Assembly (NCBI GenBank): GCA_028534125.1
Contig: CM052816.1
Coordinates: forward strand, 26,414,001-26,478,000
DNA: 64,000 nucleotides
Direction of reading: 5' to 3'
Source: Lama glama
Taxonomy: Eukaryota
Part shown: positions 25,546 to 39,521 of the stretch, piece after piece
How positions within the stretch are numbered: position 1 is the first letter of the stretch
Layout of the letters: each line of letters starts with the position of its first letter
The notes under the pieces: generated by a model
Databases searched by the model: none
What the model saw: only the letters and a program-made list of their open reading frames with translations
What the model was told of the DNA's origin: nothing
Program-made: the position numbers and the translations under genes

Positions 25546-27965
25546 ATGGAAAGCTACAAAAGACTATTGCTTATATCCTAACAATGAGAACAAGCTGGAT
25601 AGGTGATAAGATTCTAGTTTCGTTTAAATAATTGAGTCAAAGACACAAAGACACCTAAATGAACTAAATTTTAAATTTAAAATTTTTCCCTAGGATGATG
25701 GGCCCATCCTAGGGAAAAAATACCTATGCATGTTTTCAGCTCTGTTGAGGTGATGAGAAGAAAAGAAATCTACCACAAACAAAGGAATAAACCTCCCAAA
25801 ATTTTAATTAATCGTCTTGTGGGCAGACAAGATGGATTACAACACCAAGGATCCCCAGCCATAGAACAAATCTACACCTACCCAATCACTCTTAAAGAAC
25901 TAAACAAGTGCATGGGCATAGGATGTAGAAGCTTGTTGGTAAAAAAGGACAGTTGAGAGAAATTCTTCCAGATCACTCTAGAAATTCACTGATGAAGGCA
26001 GAATGTAGGGCAGGAGAATTGAAAGGAACCCCACTGACCAGGTGCCCAGACATTCACAGAGTGCACACCAGTGACCTGCTCAAGGTTGAGAGCAGGGCAG
26101 AGGAAAGAATAAAACCTCTCCGAGGTACACTGAATCTCCATTGATGGGAAGACAGCAGATTCTGAATGCTGGGGACAGAGGAGCAGAGTTGAGAGAAGTC
26201 TTTCAAAGCCTGGAAAGTCAAGGAGGACTGGAGAGGAAAAAGCAGCATCCTAGTGATTCACAAAGCTATCAGTCAGGATGTAAAACAGCGAAGATGTGGT
26301 GTTTAGGATGTAGAACATAAAAAGATATCTAAAATCTAGCAGGTACTTAGATTCCAAGTGTTGCTGGAGTAAAAGTTCTGGTTTCACCCTCAACCATTTG
26401 AAGTCAGTGATACACTAAATTTATCTAAAGCTGTGATACAACCCCAGGCAAACTCAACTACAGGTGAGATGGATTTATCCATCCATACTACCACCATAAC
26501 AAAAGAAGGGTATGTCCTTTTCTAGAGAGTGATAATATTTACTAACCAGCACATGATCAAAATATACCATAAAATGGACAAATAACACAAATTTCAATAC
26601 AATATTATTTACAAGTGTCAAAAATAATCTTTAAAAACACAAAGTTTGGGAGTAAAAAATAGAAAAAAAGATAAACCATGCAAACTGAAAGCATAAAAAG
26701 GTAGTGTTAATTATTCAAAATCAGCTAATACAGGCTTCCAGACAAAAGGATTATCAGAAATAATGAAGAACATTCTATAAGGATAAAAGGTAATCAACAA
26801 AACACAATAATCTTACAATATGCACCTAGTTCTGAGCTTCAAAGTGCTTGAAACAAGTAAAAGACAGAAAAAAGGGAGAAAGTTACATTGCCAATCATAG
26901 CTGTAGATTCTGTCACCCCTTCTGAGTAATCAGTAGAAAAAATAGATAAAAATTGGTATAGATAGAGGATATTTGAAACACTGTCAGTCAACCTGATCTT
27001 ATTGCCATTTGTAGAACACAACTATCAACTGCAAAATACACATTCTTCTCATGAGCATATGGAACACTCAGCAAGATAGACCACAACAAATCTCAAAGGA
27101 ATAAAATCATAAAGTATATTCTAAGCCTCTGTGTTACTAAATTTATCCCTTCCCACCCCATTTTCCTGGTAACCGTAAGATTGATTACTATGTCTGAATC
27201 TGTTTCTGTTTTGTAAATGAGTTCATAGTGTCTTTTTGTGCTTTCTTTTTTTTTTAGATTCCACATATGAGTGATATCACATGGTATTTTTCTTTCTCTT
27301 TGTGGCTTACTTCACTTAGAATAACAATCTCTAGGTCCATCCATGTTGCTGAAAATGGCATTATTTTATTATTTTTTATTGTTGAGTAGTACCCCATTGT
27401 ATAAACATACCATGACTTCTTTATTCAGTCATCTGTTGATGGACATTTAGGTTGCTTCCATGTCTTGGCTATTGGATATAGTGCTGCTATAAACATTGAG
27501 GTGCATGTATCTTTCTGAATTAGAGTTCCCTCTGGATATATACCCAGAAGTGGGATTGCTGGATCACATAGTAGGTCTATTCATTCAAAAGTCCATGAAC
27601 AATAAATGCTGCAGAGGGTGTGGAGGAAAGAGAATTCTCCTACACTACTGTGGGAATGTAGTTTGGTGCAGCCACTATGGAAAACAATATGGAGATTCCT
27701 CAAAAAACTGAAAATAGTCCTGCCATATGACAGAACATTAATTTTAAAACCTAGCAAAGACATTACAATAAACCAACATCCCTCATGAACACAGATAGAA
27801 AAATCCTTAAATAGAACATATCAAACCTAGCAATATCAAAAAAGGCTATGTCATGACCAAGAAGCATTTATCCCCAAAAAGCAATTTGGTTTCACATTTG
27901 AAAATCAGTGCTGTTCCCCAATTAATGGTGTAAAAAAGCGTATGATTACATCATCTCAGTAAATA
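25546..27965 (+). mobile_element. Old sense-strand LINE-1 (5' region plus ORF2 EN/RT fragments) hosting a younger L1 at 27125-27730
   Basis: 'aatacacattcttctcatgagcatatggaacactcagcaagatagacca' (EN domain) and 'ccctcatgaacacagatagaaaaatcctta', 'catgaccaag' (RT start); the 5' part is less certain. Confidence 0.65.
27125..27730 (-). mobile_element. Younger LINE-1 3' fragment with a 5' inversion (27582-27730 is on the + strand)
   Basis: Antisense L1 up to 27581, then a sense copy of the adjacent upstream L1 segment (ORF 27606 gives [24 protein letters not shown], the ORF2p C-terminal region). Confidence 0.88.
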
Positions 27966-28090
27966 CACATCATGTGTTCAAAAACTATATAATGTCATAA
28001 GAAAATGCATATTGTTATGCTATAGACAACATGGAAAACCAAAACTCTGTCTCAAATGCACCCACATATACACACATGTGAATACACGTA

Positions 28091-28315
28091 TAGTTGACCT
28101 TTGAACAACATGGGTTTGAATTGTGCAGGTCCATTATACATGGATTTTTTTTTTCAGTAAATACTACAGTACGACATGATCCCAGGTTGGTAGAGTCCAC
28201 TGCATATGCGGAATCACAGATATGGAGGGAGGGCCGAATGTGGAGTTAACACTTGGATTTTTGATGGCATAGAATGTCAGTGTCCCTAACCTGTGCATAG
28301 TTAAGCAGTCAACTG
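28091..28315. mobile_element. MER8/Tigger2-type TcMar MITE
   Basis: Inverted termini 'tagttgacctttgaacaac' ... 'gttaagcagtcaactg', each flanked by TA. Confidence 0.85.
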
Positions 28316-28400
28316 TACACACACACACACACACACACACGTGTACGTACGTACATGAGAGCTTTATACCACACACACACGTACACGAGAGCTTTATACC
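28316..28400. repeat. (CA)n plus a short imperfect tandem duplication ('acac..gtaca[t/c]gagagctttatacc' x2)
   Basis: Seen directly. Confidence 0.9.
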
Positions 28401-30374
28401 CCAAATTTTACTTTGGCTTTTATTGTCTTCCTTATAGTTGTTATAAGTTTTCTACAAAGAATATATTTTTAAATAACTTTAAACAAACCTTTAAAAAGTT
28501 GAGTTCACATTTGCAGTTCTTGGAGATTTTCAAATACTCATGGAAAATGAAATATGATCCTGTTCACATAGTGAATCTAGAGAACTTTCTGCTACAAAGC
28601 TACACTGCCATTAATTGTTGCTTCCTCAAATACAATTATTTCCATGAAACAAGTTTCCTATCTCTGCAAAAAAACTTTTAATATAATAAAAGGTGAAATA
28701 ATTATTGGAAAGAATTAGTAAAGATGAAAACATGTTGCTAAAATAGCTCTTCTAAACATTGGTGCTTGCTGTGGCTTGCAGTTAAAATTTTAAAATAGCG
28801 CTTAAATATGCGTGTTAATAACATCCAGAAGGCATTTCTTTCAAGCCTGTTTGGGCTGTGGAAGGGTTTAATTTAACCACAGCATTCATTTATGTCTAGC
28901 AGTTAAATTTTTTCTTTCAAGCTCAAAGGAACTGTGAGTTGTAACTATGATCTAATTGGTAAGGAATGAAGAATGTTTTTCATGTTTTATAGACAACATG
29001 AATCCTGATCATTTTACAGCAGTAAATTATGAAGCACTTCACTTGCTGTGTTTCCCCCATGGAAGCCAGGGCTGAGCTCATTAAACTATAAAAATAACTT
29101 GCTGGGTTTCACAGCTCCTAGAAAGGCCCTCTGACAAGGTGGGTTATTTTTATTTCACTAATGCACATTCACCCACAGTCCAGAGCAAGTAGATTCGTTA
29201 TGGTCCCCAACTAAATCAATTTATAACTACATCTACATGTCAGAGGGGACGTGCAAAGAGCCTAAACTGCTGTATAGGAAGATAATTTATTATTGATTTT
29301 TTTTCAACTCTTTTTTAAAAGCAGCTGCAATTCACTGGTTCCTTGGTTCCTTTCTGCAGCGCAAACAAGCTCTATAATACTAGAGATGTGTCAAGCCAGG
29401 TTTTTGGGGCAAAGAAAAAAAGACACAGGAATCAGGAGTACCTGGCTTCCAGATGACTGAAAGAGAAATAAAGAATAACCATACGGTCATTTAAAAACAA
29501 GGAGCAGAAATCATCTGTCAGCCCTGCCCTGTTGTCGAAGATCTTAAAAAATTAAATGCTCATGATCTGTTGTTTAAATATGCATATTAAATTACCTCTT
29601 ACCTAATAAATCAGGTACTTAATTTTACTGGAAAAAAATTACCATAAAGTTCATATTTTTCTTTTGGCCTTCGAGAGGCACATAACCAATTGTAAGTAAT
29701 TTGATAATCCTTCCTTCAACTCAGAACTGAAGGAAGTTAGAAGAAGACTGTGACACAAAATCGGTAGCCTGCAGAGTGGAGCCCTTAACGATTGATTCTG
29801 ATCCCTTTACTCTGGTTTGGCAGTGAACACACTGTGTTGTAAGGAATTCGCATTTTCAACAGCAATTTGAACAGAACATGTTTCTTTTTCTATGATTGGA
29901 ATCAGGGCGATGTACTAAGACTACAGTTCTAAATTCCACCTACCACAGAGTTACTTGACACCTATTCTTTGTTTTTAACCTGACTTTGTAAATGTAATCT
30001 CTGTCATCATGTTACTGTTAGGATTATCTGGTAAAATATTAAATAGTGTGATACCCTTCCTGAAGACTACTATGATAATAATCATCCTATAATGATTGTG
30101 ACACAGTGAAAACAGCAAAAAGCCTCATAAACAAATTGCAAAGCATGTGGGCAGAAAATGTACCAAAATTTACTGTGGTTCCCACTGCCCTTCTCATACC
30201 CCATGCACCCCCCTCATCAGTGTTTTTATTTCACACATTGTTGGTCAACTTGTTAAAGGCTCAAACTTACTCTTACAAATAAATTATGCTTACTTTAAAA
30301 TTATTATGCTTTTACTAGTAAATGGGAATTATGGGATTTTGGCCCCTGGCAAAGTATAGTCTGATAAACCTGAA

Positions 30375-30600
30375 ATCAAATTATCTGACTTTGAATACTG
30401 GATTCATCACTTACTAGTTTGTTTTTAATTGTTTTTGTTTTGTTTTATATCTTGGACATGGCACTTTTTTTTTTTTAGTTTCCTAATCTATAAAATAACA
30501 ATAACAAAAACTATTTAGTCTGTCATTCATATTTTTTGAAGATTAAATAGGGTAAAGTATATAAATATATGTGAACTACACAGCACTGTACAAATAAAAC
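30375..30600 (+). mobile_element. MIR SINE
   Basis: 'ttgaatactggattcatcacttactag', 'agtttcctaatctataaaat', 'gaagattaaatag'. Confidence 0.7.
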
Positions 30601-30959
30601 ATTATTAATATGTTGTCGTCGTAACATTCTACTTACTAGATGGTCATATTTTTGGCTAACTAAACCATCTAGAAAATTGTCATAAGCCTGTTAATAAGGA
30701 CAAAAGGGGCCTGTGTGTGTTAAGGAGAATAACCGTCCAAGATGTGCATTTTGTTGGTAGAGAAAATATGGGTACACCTATAAGAGCCTATTGATGAAAG
30801 AGGATGACTTGTGTAATAAATTAATCTAGTTTCTAAGGATAATATTGGTAGTATTGATCAGAAAAGAAAACATAGGATTTTTGTGATCAGCAAAAGTGAT
30901 TATTATCACAGAGTATGGTGACGGAACTCTCCAACCTACTGACCTCTGCACCCACATAC

Positions 30960-32810
30960 TTCATGGTCATTCTCACAAATGTGTGTAAAGTGTCCCCATG
31001 CCTTGCGCAGCCCAGTCTACAACTTGCGGACCATGCATCCCCTCTCATCAGTTCGAGAGGATGGCTGCAGCAATCTGTAGGTCTTTCCTCCTCTACTGAA
31101 TTACTACTAATAGCAACCATGTGTTATTTTTCCCATTAAAAAAGTCTCTCTATAAACTCACTCCCAACCTCTGCCAGCTATCACTCCATTTCTCTCCTTA
31201 CCTTTACAATAAAACACATTTTTTTTGTACTTAGTAGCTCCAATTTTTTTTCCTTTTCTGTGGTATAATTGACATATAACATATCAATTTCAGGTGTACA
31301 GCATAATGATTCAATATTTCTCTACATTGTAAAATGATCACCAATAAGCCTCATTAACATCTGTCACATTAAAGAGTTACAAAATTTTTCTCCTTCTGAT
31401 GAGGACTTTTAAAATCTATTCTCTTAGCAACTTTCACATATGCAATACAGCATTGACTGTAGTCACCATGTGCTACATTTCATCCCCATGACTTCTTTGT
31501 AACTGAAAGTTTGTACCTTTTGACCCCCTTCACCCATATTTCCTACCCCAACCCCTCTCCTCAAACAACCATCACATGTTCTCTGTATCTGAGCTTGTTT
31601 TTTGTTTGTTTTTGGATTCCGTGTATAAGCAAGTGAGATCATACCATATTAGTCTTTCTCTGTCTAATGTATTTCACTTAGCAATAATGCCTTCAAAATC
31701 TATCCATACTACCCTAAATGGCAAGATTTCATTCTTTCTTTATGATTTAATAGTATTTCCGTTCTCTGTATATACCACCTCTCTCTCATCCATTTACCTA
31801 TCCGTGGACACTTATGTTGTTTCCAAATCTTGGCTATCGTACATAATGATACATGAACATGGGAGTGTATAAATCTTTTGGAAGTAGTGTTTTCATTTTC
31901 TTCAGTTAAATACCCAGAAGTGGAATTGCTGGATCATATGATAGTTTTATTTTTAATTTTTTTGAGGAACCTCCATACTGTGTTCCTCAGTAGTGTACCA
32001 CTTTCCATTTCCCACCAGCAGTGCACAAGTATGTCCTTTTCTCCTCATCTTTGCCTACACGTGTTTTTTCTTGTCTTTTCTATGATAGCTATTCTACCAG
32101 GTGTGAGACAATGTCTCATTGTGATTGTGGTTTGCACTTCCCTGATGGAATGTCCAAAATGTAGCTCTTGATACTCCTCTCCATAATGATTCCTCCCATA
32201 ATCTCACATCTTAATCTTCCTAAATACTCCAGCAAAAATCTTCACTCTTCCTTGACCTACTTTTTTCTCTCACAACCCACAACCACAGTATCAACGCATC
32301 CTGTCTGGCTCTACATTTAAACCATATCAAGAATCCAATCACTTTTCATCTCCACTCCTTACCATATAGTTTAAGACATCATTAAATGTTGCCTGGATTA
32401 AAGTACTATATTCCTAATTGCTCTCCATCCTTTAACCCTGTTCTTCCTCAAACTGTTTATAACATAGTGTTCAGAAATTCTGTTGAAACATTAATTAGTT
32501 CAGGTCAAATCTCCCCCCGGCACCTCAGAACCTTCAAATATCCCTTCATTATTTCTCATCGTAAAAGTCTTATTTCTATAACCAAAAAATGCCTTATATG
32601 ATCTGACCACCCCTTATCTCTCTGATTTGATTACCTTCTACTCTTCCATTCATTCTGCTCCAAGCATACTAGTCCCTTTACTGTTGCTCAAATAAAGTGG
32701 ACACAGCTCTTCCTTGGGGACTTTGAATTTGCAGTTCCCATGACCTGGGATTCTGATATGCCAGGTATACAAGTAGCTCACTTCCTTCAGAACTTCTCTC
32801 AGACATCACT
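30960..32810 (+). mobile_element. L2 fragments split by the L1 at 31245-32148
   Basis: L2 sense motifs on both sides of the L1, e.g. 'ccatttctctccttacctttaca' and 'tatgatctgaccacccc'. Confidence 0.65.
31245..32148 (-). mobile_element. 5'-truncated LINE-1 (L1MA9-like 3' end)
   Basis: 'ggtataattgacatataacatat...ttcaggtgtacagcataatgatt', 'ctcttagcaactttca', 'ttgaggaacctccatactgt'. Confidence 0.88.
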
Positions 32811-32834
32811 TATTGTGGCTCTGTGGACAGTTGA

Positions 32835-34070
32835 TTCAGTGTTCTCTAAATGAAATTGTCTTAATTTTGCCTTCATTTTTGAAAGATAGTTTTGCTGTAT
32901 AGAATTCTTTTTTGTTTGTTTGCTTGTCTTTCCAAATACAGATAATTTTTTTTATTGAGGTGTAGTCATTGTATAGAGTTGTTGATAACAGCTTTTTTCT
33001 TTCAGCACTTAGAATATGTGATTACACTTTCTTCTGGCTTCCACCTTTTCACTTAAGTAGTCAGCCATTAATTTTATTGGTGCTCTATTGTATGGGATAA
33101 ATTGATTGTCTCTTGCTGCTTTTAAGATTTTTTTGTCTTTTACTTTCAACACTATAATGTGCTTAGGTGTAGATTTCTTTGACTTCTCCTACTGTGGATT
33201 TGTTGAACTTACTGGATATGTAGATAATTTTTTTCACCAAATTTGGGAAGTTAAGCATTATTTCTTCAAATATACTTTTTTCTGTCCCTTTCCTCTCCCT
33301 CTGGTCTCTAATTACACATATATTGATACATTCAATGTGGTCCCACATGTCTTTGAGACTGTTCATTTTTCTTCAGTCTTTTCTCTCTCTGTTCTTCAAA
33401 TTGAAACACTTCTATTTATCTTCTAGTTTACAGATTCTCTTTTCATCCATCTCCCATCTGCTGTTGAGCCTCTCTACTCTTAATTTTATTAATTGCATTT
33501 GCCAATGTCAATTTCCATTTGTTTAAATTTCTGTCTTCTTATTGAGATTCTCATTTGTTGATTAACTGTGATCATGCTCTCCTTTAATTCTTTAAACATG
33601 ATTTCCTAAGAGTTCTTTGCACATATTTATATTAGCCACTTTGAAATTTTTATCTGCTAAGTCCAACATCTTTGGACAGAGTTATCTTCTCTTGTTTGTT
33701 AGGATTTTTCCCAAGTCATACTTTTTTTAATTCTTTGCATAGGTTATATTTTTGTGGAAAGCTGTACATTTTAAATAATGCATAGTACCAACTATGGATT
33801 CTGAATTCTCCAAAGCTCTTATTGTTGCTGGTTGTCTATGTCTTTTATTTGTCTGTTTAGTGACTTGCTTGGTTTAAACCTGTGGGCTTTATCTCACATG
33901 CACTGTGTGGTCAGTAATATGTCAATTCAAGTTTCAATTTTTATTAAAGTTTGACTTCTTAGAGTTTGTCCATGTGTTTGCACAGCTTAGTTGTCATTCA
34001 GAGACTGGACAGAGGTTATCTGCAAACACTTTAAGCCAGTGAGGCTTCAGTTCTCTGACAGTGGATATGG
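32835..34070 (-). mobile_element. Old LINE-1 ORF1/5' region
   Basis: ORF 33163-33366(-) gives SLKDMWDHI..INICVI..QRERKGTEKSIFEEIM.NFPNL, an ORF1p-like segment. Confidence 0.8.
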
Positions 34071-36544
34071 ATTTGGAAAGGGGGTTGAAGAGAGATTTAT
34101 AAATATATATCACTTTGCCAGGTTACCTGGAAATTTGCATTTGTGTGGCTGGTGACATTTTAGAAGGTGGTAAGAGAGGGTGAAGAATCTGGAGGCAAGA
34201 GTAGCATTTAAGAACATAGCTCCACCCCATTAGAGGGTAAACTCCTTCAGGGTATGACTATTTGCACTTGTAACTTCCCATGTATATAACACAGGGGACA
34301 AAAAAAGTGAAGATAGGTAGACTCTCCAAAAAGTTTCTTTATCGATGACAGTATAGATGAAAATAATGTGAAGAATCACAGATGCATCATACTGTTAACA
34401 CAAGAACTTTGTTTAGGAGAGAAAGGCAGAGTAAAAAAGAAAAGTAATTTGTAATGTTGAAAATAAGCAGTTTTAGATTGGCTTACACTAAACATACTCT
34501 AATTTGAGGTGACAATTCTTTAGTTAGGGATTATGAAGAAATGTACAATGCCAAGAATGTTTTTCATCCTTAACAAGAAAGCTGTTCAAGAAAACCTAAG
34601 CAAAACCATTTTTATATCTCAGACTAGGCTACCAAAAGAGAATTTGTATAACTGCTCTTTGCAAAAGCACATTTTGAAATTCACATTTCCCACTAGACAC
34701 ATCCTTGCCTTTTCAGTTTCCCCTTCTCTGAAGACTCCTTTGTATATAACTCATATATGTCTGTATGTTTTTAATGGACTTTTAGTAAGAGTGCCTACTG
34801 TATTTACAAGTCACTCACTTTCCTTTACATAAATCCAAGACTTGTACAAGTCCTTAGATCTCAGTCCATGTCCAAGTTGGTGAAAGGCAACAAATGAAAC
34901 ACTCCTAAAATGGAACATTTCATAGAGAGCCACTGTGGTCTTTATAAGGATTTTAAATATGTGTTGGTATTTTCAAAGATATCTTTACAGGAATTTTTTA
35001 AAGGCTTAAAAATTGACTATGAAGTATTTTACTATGTTAGCTCTAAATCTAATTACATTCTTAAGACTATCACCATGAAATATTTCAATGAACCTATGGA
35101 TAGCTTTTTCCATAGTGATAGCCGAATTCTTTAGGCTATCTCCAAGGACCATTTCTTTACTCACAACTCGTTCCTTAAATGTGAGAAAGACATAAAGACG
35201 ACTTTATTTCACATTTTTAAGTTGCAAAGAAACCAATTTGCTTTTGCTTGGTACCACGAGCAATTTAAGTCTCACTACTCCAGTCCCCAGTGGTACATAG
35301 CAGTACAGTTTTCTTTCAAAGACTTATCAATAACTATCTTCTTGGCAAAGTTTTATTGAACACATCTTTCTTCTGCAGCAAAATGCAATCTGGTTTTGAC
35401 AAATAGGAAGGATGGTAGATACAAAGGTGAAAGTATCACTCAGTTAAAGAAAAAGTATTGGCCAAAAGGAGTGGTCTCCATCCACATAATAAACGCCAGA
35501 GATGAGTACAATTATCCAAAGCGCATAAGCAGTAACATGACATATAGGGAATGAGATATAAATTTAGGAAAACTTTATTAATATTGGCTCAGTACTACAA
35601 AGCATAACCATCAAACATGAGCCAATGTAATTATGGTTTCCACACTGTAATTTACTCAAATTTGAAAAGGCAGTGACACAGTATATAATTAAAAAATATA
35701 CAGGGCCACTCTTCAAAATATTCTCAGCCCTTTAAACACTTATGAAGTGTATTCTGTTTAATTTCTGTGCCCATATATTTGTAGTTTATCTGAAATTTCT
35801 GTGTGTGTTTCTGAAATAAGTTTAGTTCCAGCTGAGCAAGATGCCTCTTGAATGAAGAGACAAATCGTCTATTTTAATATGTATTTTTGTACAAACTGAT
35901 TTTATGAAAGTATGTTGTAATTGTATTATGTTTTAGATTTCATAGTTAGGACTACATGTTATTTTTGGGCTCTGACATTGAGCATTCCTGTGGTGCTCTT
36001 GAAATATTTAAAATCACAGTGTTCATAAGAGAAAGAATATTCTGTCACCTGTAAAAGTGAACTTATATAACAGGTAAAAATAAACTTCTTGGAGGAGTTT
36101 ATATTTCTCTTTGGAGTCTGTTGCCCTGATGCTTTCCCATTGTAGCAAAATTGACTTAGAAGTGCCCAGACCAGGCACTTCTATTCCTTTAATCCACCAT
36201 AAGCCAAACATTTTAAATTAGTTAAATCTGTGGTCACATAAAAAGCAATCATATCATTAAAGTTCTTATTCTTTTCACCTACCAAATTTTCCCACATGGG
36301 CAGTATTCTGAATTATAAAACCATCTTGCATACATATAATTAAAGCCAGTTTCCCACAATTGGCTCTCTTAACTTGTGTAAGTTCAGTTCTAAGTTAGTA
36401 AAATGGATTATATTTCTTCCTGGTCAGGCAACAGAGTGGTGGAGACCTTTCTAATTTTCTTCTTAGAATAATGTTTCTAGTTTGCCCACTTCAAAACACA
36501 AAAACATATCTAACATTAGAAAAAGTTAACAGTTGCAGTAATAT

Positions 36545-36700
36545 GTATCATTTAATGAATACTTAACCATGTTATAGGGAAATGCTAAATACATGAAAAA
36601 TATAATTTAAAATTCAGATAAGCTATTAATATCCCTGTTTTTGCCATAAGGAAATACTTAAAAGAGGTTTGGTGATGTATCCAGTTAAACCAAGTAGATG
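36545..36700 (-). mobile_element. MIR fragment
   Basis: 'catttaatgaatacttaaccatgt', 'tattaatatccctgtttttgccataaggaaatacttaaaagaggtt'. Confidence 0.55.
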
Positions 36701-37329
36701 TAACCTATTGGTGACAAAAAGAAAAAACAGCACATGTCGATCTTGAAAGGAATATTGATAAACTGATAAGGAAACTCGCTGCAAGGTATATTATAGTCGG
36801 AAATTTTCAAACTGTATTCTCCAGGTGTTCAAGATGTTCCAGAAAGCACTTGATTTAAACCTCTCTATAACAGTTATATATTAACCCATATGAAGATTGT
36901 AAAAAGCACAGTTTATTACATAATATATATTGGCATATGAGTTGACTTACACTTTGACTTTAACTCACTTTGGAATAAAAGCCTCATCTACCATACTGAG
37001 AACATATTTGGACTTGTAAATGTGTTATTTATTGAATGATTATTAGCTCAGGATTGGCCCTTTTGAAATTTCATTTCAGTGAATGTGTTTATAAAATTGG
37101 ATGTCAAATATCCTACTTTAGTTTCTAATGCCACTCAAATAATGTCCTAGGAGGTTTAGGTAAATGTGCTTGGGGAACAGTTTCATCCTAACATAGCAGT
37201 TCACTGGCAATCACAAGAATGTGTCAATATTTAGTCATGATGATACTATAGATACTTTTATAATTACTTACATTGGAGAGCTTATATTTTGTAATATATT
37301 TCATTATATTTATATCTAAAAGTAATAGC

Positions 37330-37480
37330 CATTGTCTGTAGAGCCATAACAAAGTGCTTATTTTACTGATAAACTGAGTTTCAAGAAGTTTAAGTAACTT
37401 TTTGCCCAAGATCGAACCCTTAAAAGAGTTAATATGTGAAGACAAGCAGTCTGATTACAGAACACTTCTAACCCATCACA
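37330..37480 (-). mobile_element. MIR fragment
   Basis: 'aaactgagtttcaagaagtttaagtaactttttgcccaagatc'. Confidence 0.6.
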
Positions 37481-38175
37481 GCTCTCAAGAACAAAAAATG
37501 TGAGTACTTTAGTCTTAACGATGGAACTTTGAAACTAAATAGTTCTACTACTCCGCTTTGAAGCTACTGAATCAGTTTAATTGAAGAGTATCCTCAGAGT
37601 AAAAGGTGATTTATTAGAAACATTACCTGCAGGTACTTATGCAAATCATAAGGAGATGAATTTTATATGTGGAAATGATACATTAGAAATGATGTTTGTA
37701 ACTGCAAACTCAAAAATTGTGCTCATCATCAAAGAAGCTTCATTATTCTCATTCATTGATTTAGACTTAGTAAATGTTGTAAATTTAACTCAGACTACAC
37801 ATTGTTTACTGTTAAATGCCACCTTCGTCTCTTTTAGCCACATATGACTTCATTCAGGAAAATAACTCAGGATTTAAAAAGCACAACTAATGGAAAGGGA
37901 AGAAGTTGTGGAGTCCACAGAGCTCCTATTGAATCTTGGATTACATGATGTTGGGCAGTTACTTAATTGCTTTAAACTTCAGAGTAGAGTGGAAAAAAGA
38001 AAGGGAAGGCACGTTTATTTAATGGGAGCAGTGACATCTTCAGGGGATTATTGCAATACATGAAGGAGAAATGCATGCAGAAGGGCCCTGTTAGGTGACA
38101 CTCATAAGCTAGAGGGCTGTCCGAAGTCTAGCAGCCCACGAATTACCCGCTCAGCAAAGGTGATGGAGTACTTAC

Positions 38176-38375
38176 CGTGGACACAGGACCAAGGCAGCGA
38201 AGTGATACCTAAGTGTATGCTTGGTCTGCTGGTAACATTTTAACTCATTAGGGAGAGGAGAGCCAATCAAATTGTTCAAGGGTCTGGGATCAGTTTGAGG
38301 TAAAATCCCTCAAAGAGATTCCTGGAGTTAAAAGAAAAACCCAGAAAGCAGGAAGTTTTCTTCATCTTTGTCTTT
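38176..38375 (-). other. Candidate exon (probably noncoding), predicted from splice signals only
   Basis: Minus strand: acceptor 'atcttttttcccctgcag|AAAGAC' and donor 'CCACG|gtaagt'; 200 nt of non-repeat sequence. Confidence 0.3.
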
Positions 38376-39521
38376 CTGCAGGGGAAAAAAGATATTTTTT
38401 CAGTGGAGCGAGATAGGCAACCAATGGTCTGAGAATTCTTATGTAGAAAAGGAAAAAAAATAGCACAAAATGTATCAATCTTTAAAATGTCTGCAAGTTT
38501 ATATAATGGCAGAATAATTGGACGTTTTCTATTAACTGCCAAAAGATAGCTATGGACAGATGGTTAGAAATTAGTTACAGAAACAGTTTTGAATTTAATA
38601 TGTAAAATCAGTCTTACATTTAGAATTCCTCAAAGGTAGAATGCATTAGAAATAAACCCACTTCTAATAAAGTAAGGCTCCTGGATTATTACTCATCCAT
38701 AGAGCAGGCTGACTTACTAAAATCAGTATAGTTATAGTTAAACACCTTAAAGACACCTGTAGCAGGAGGAAAGAGGAGGGAAAGGCACTAATGCTCCTTT
38801 TTCTGAGACTACAGAATAGAAATAGACAACCTTTCTGGTATGTTTCACAATTATCTATTAGTTAGGCAGTTGACATTATCCTAGGCAGGAAGACTGTTCC
38901 TACTGCGTAGGATACAAGTATCCTAAAATCCCCTTCCTTGACTAGGAATGAACATTCTGTAAGGCGCTACTTTAACCACTGTATAACTGAGGGCAAGGCC
39001 CTACTATTTTATAATATACAATTGAGATCATATTCTAAGTAATCTTTCATGTCTCCAGAAGAAGAAATGGAGACTTTTCAACATTTGACATCTGACAGCT
39101 TATTTAGCTTGTACAACTTCACAAGAAAAGAAGAAATGAGAAACAGTGTCACTGAGATAGAAATATGCAGAAATTACACCAGTGGTAGCAACAAACTATA
39201 AATTGTCATCTTTCATCTGTTTCTGACAGTGTACCATAATATTTTTATTACTGCTAAAAAAGAATGCATATCAGCTGCCAGCAGATATTTCAAATATTAA
39301 TCTCTGCTGACCCTCAACTGTCTAAATAGCATGACTCTATTTTGAAACTCCTTTTCTGTAGTGGGACAACTCAGCCTTGCTGTTTTGACCTTTCATTCCT
39401 TCTCTGCCTTCATCACCTGTAGTGAAATATTTGGAATTGTTTGACCATCGTCCTTGTTCAAGGAATCACTTCTCTCTAGTTCTATCCACATGGCTTTCAC
39501 AGGAGCCTCCCTGTTACTTAC

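Noticed and set aside
38894..38925. Small overlapping hairpins (cctac-tgc-gtagg; taggatac-aa-gtatccta)
   Set aside because: Stems of 5-8 bp are expected by chance and there is no ncRNA context.
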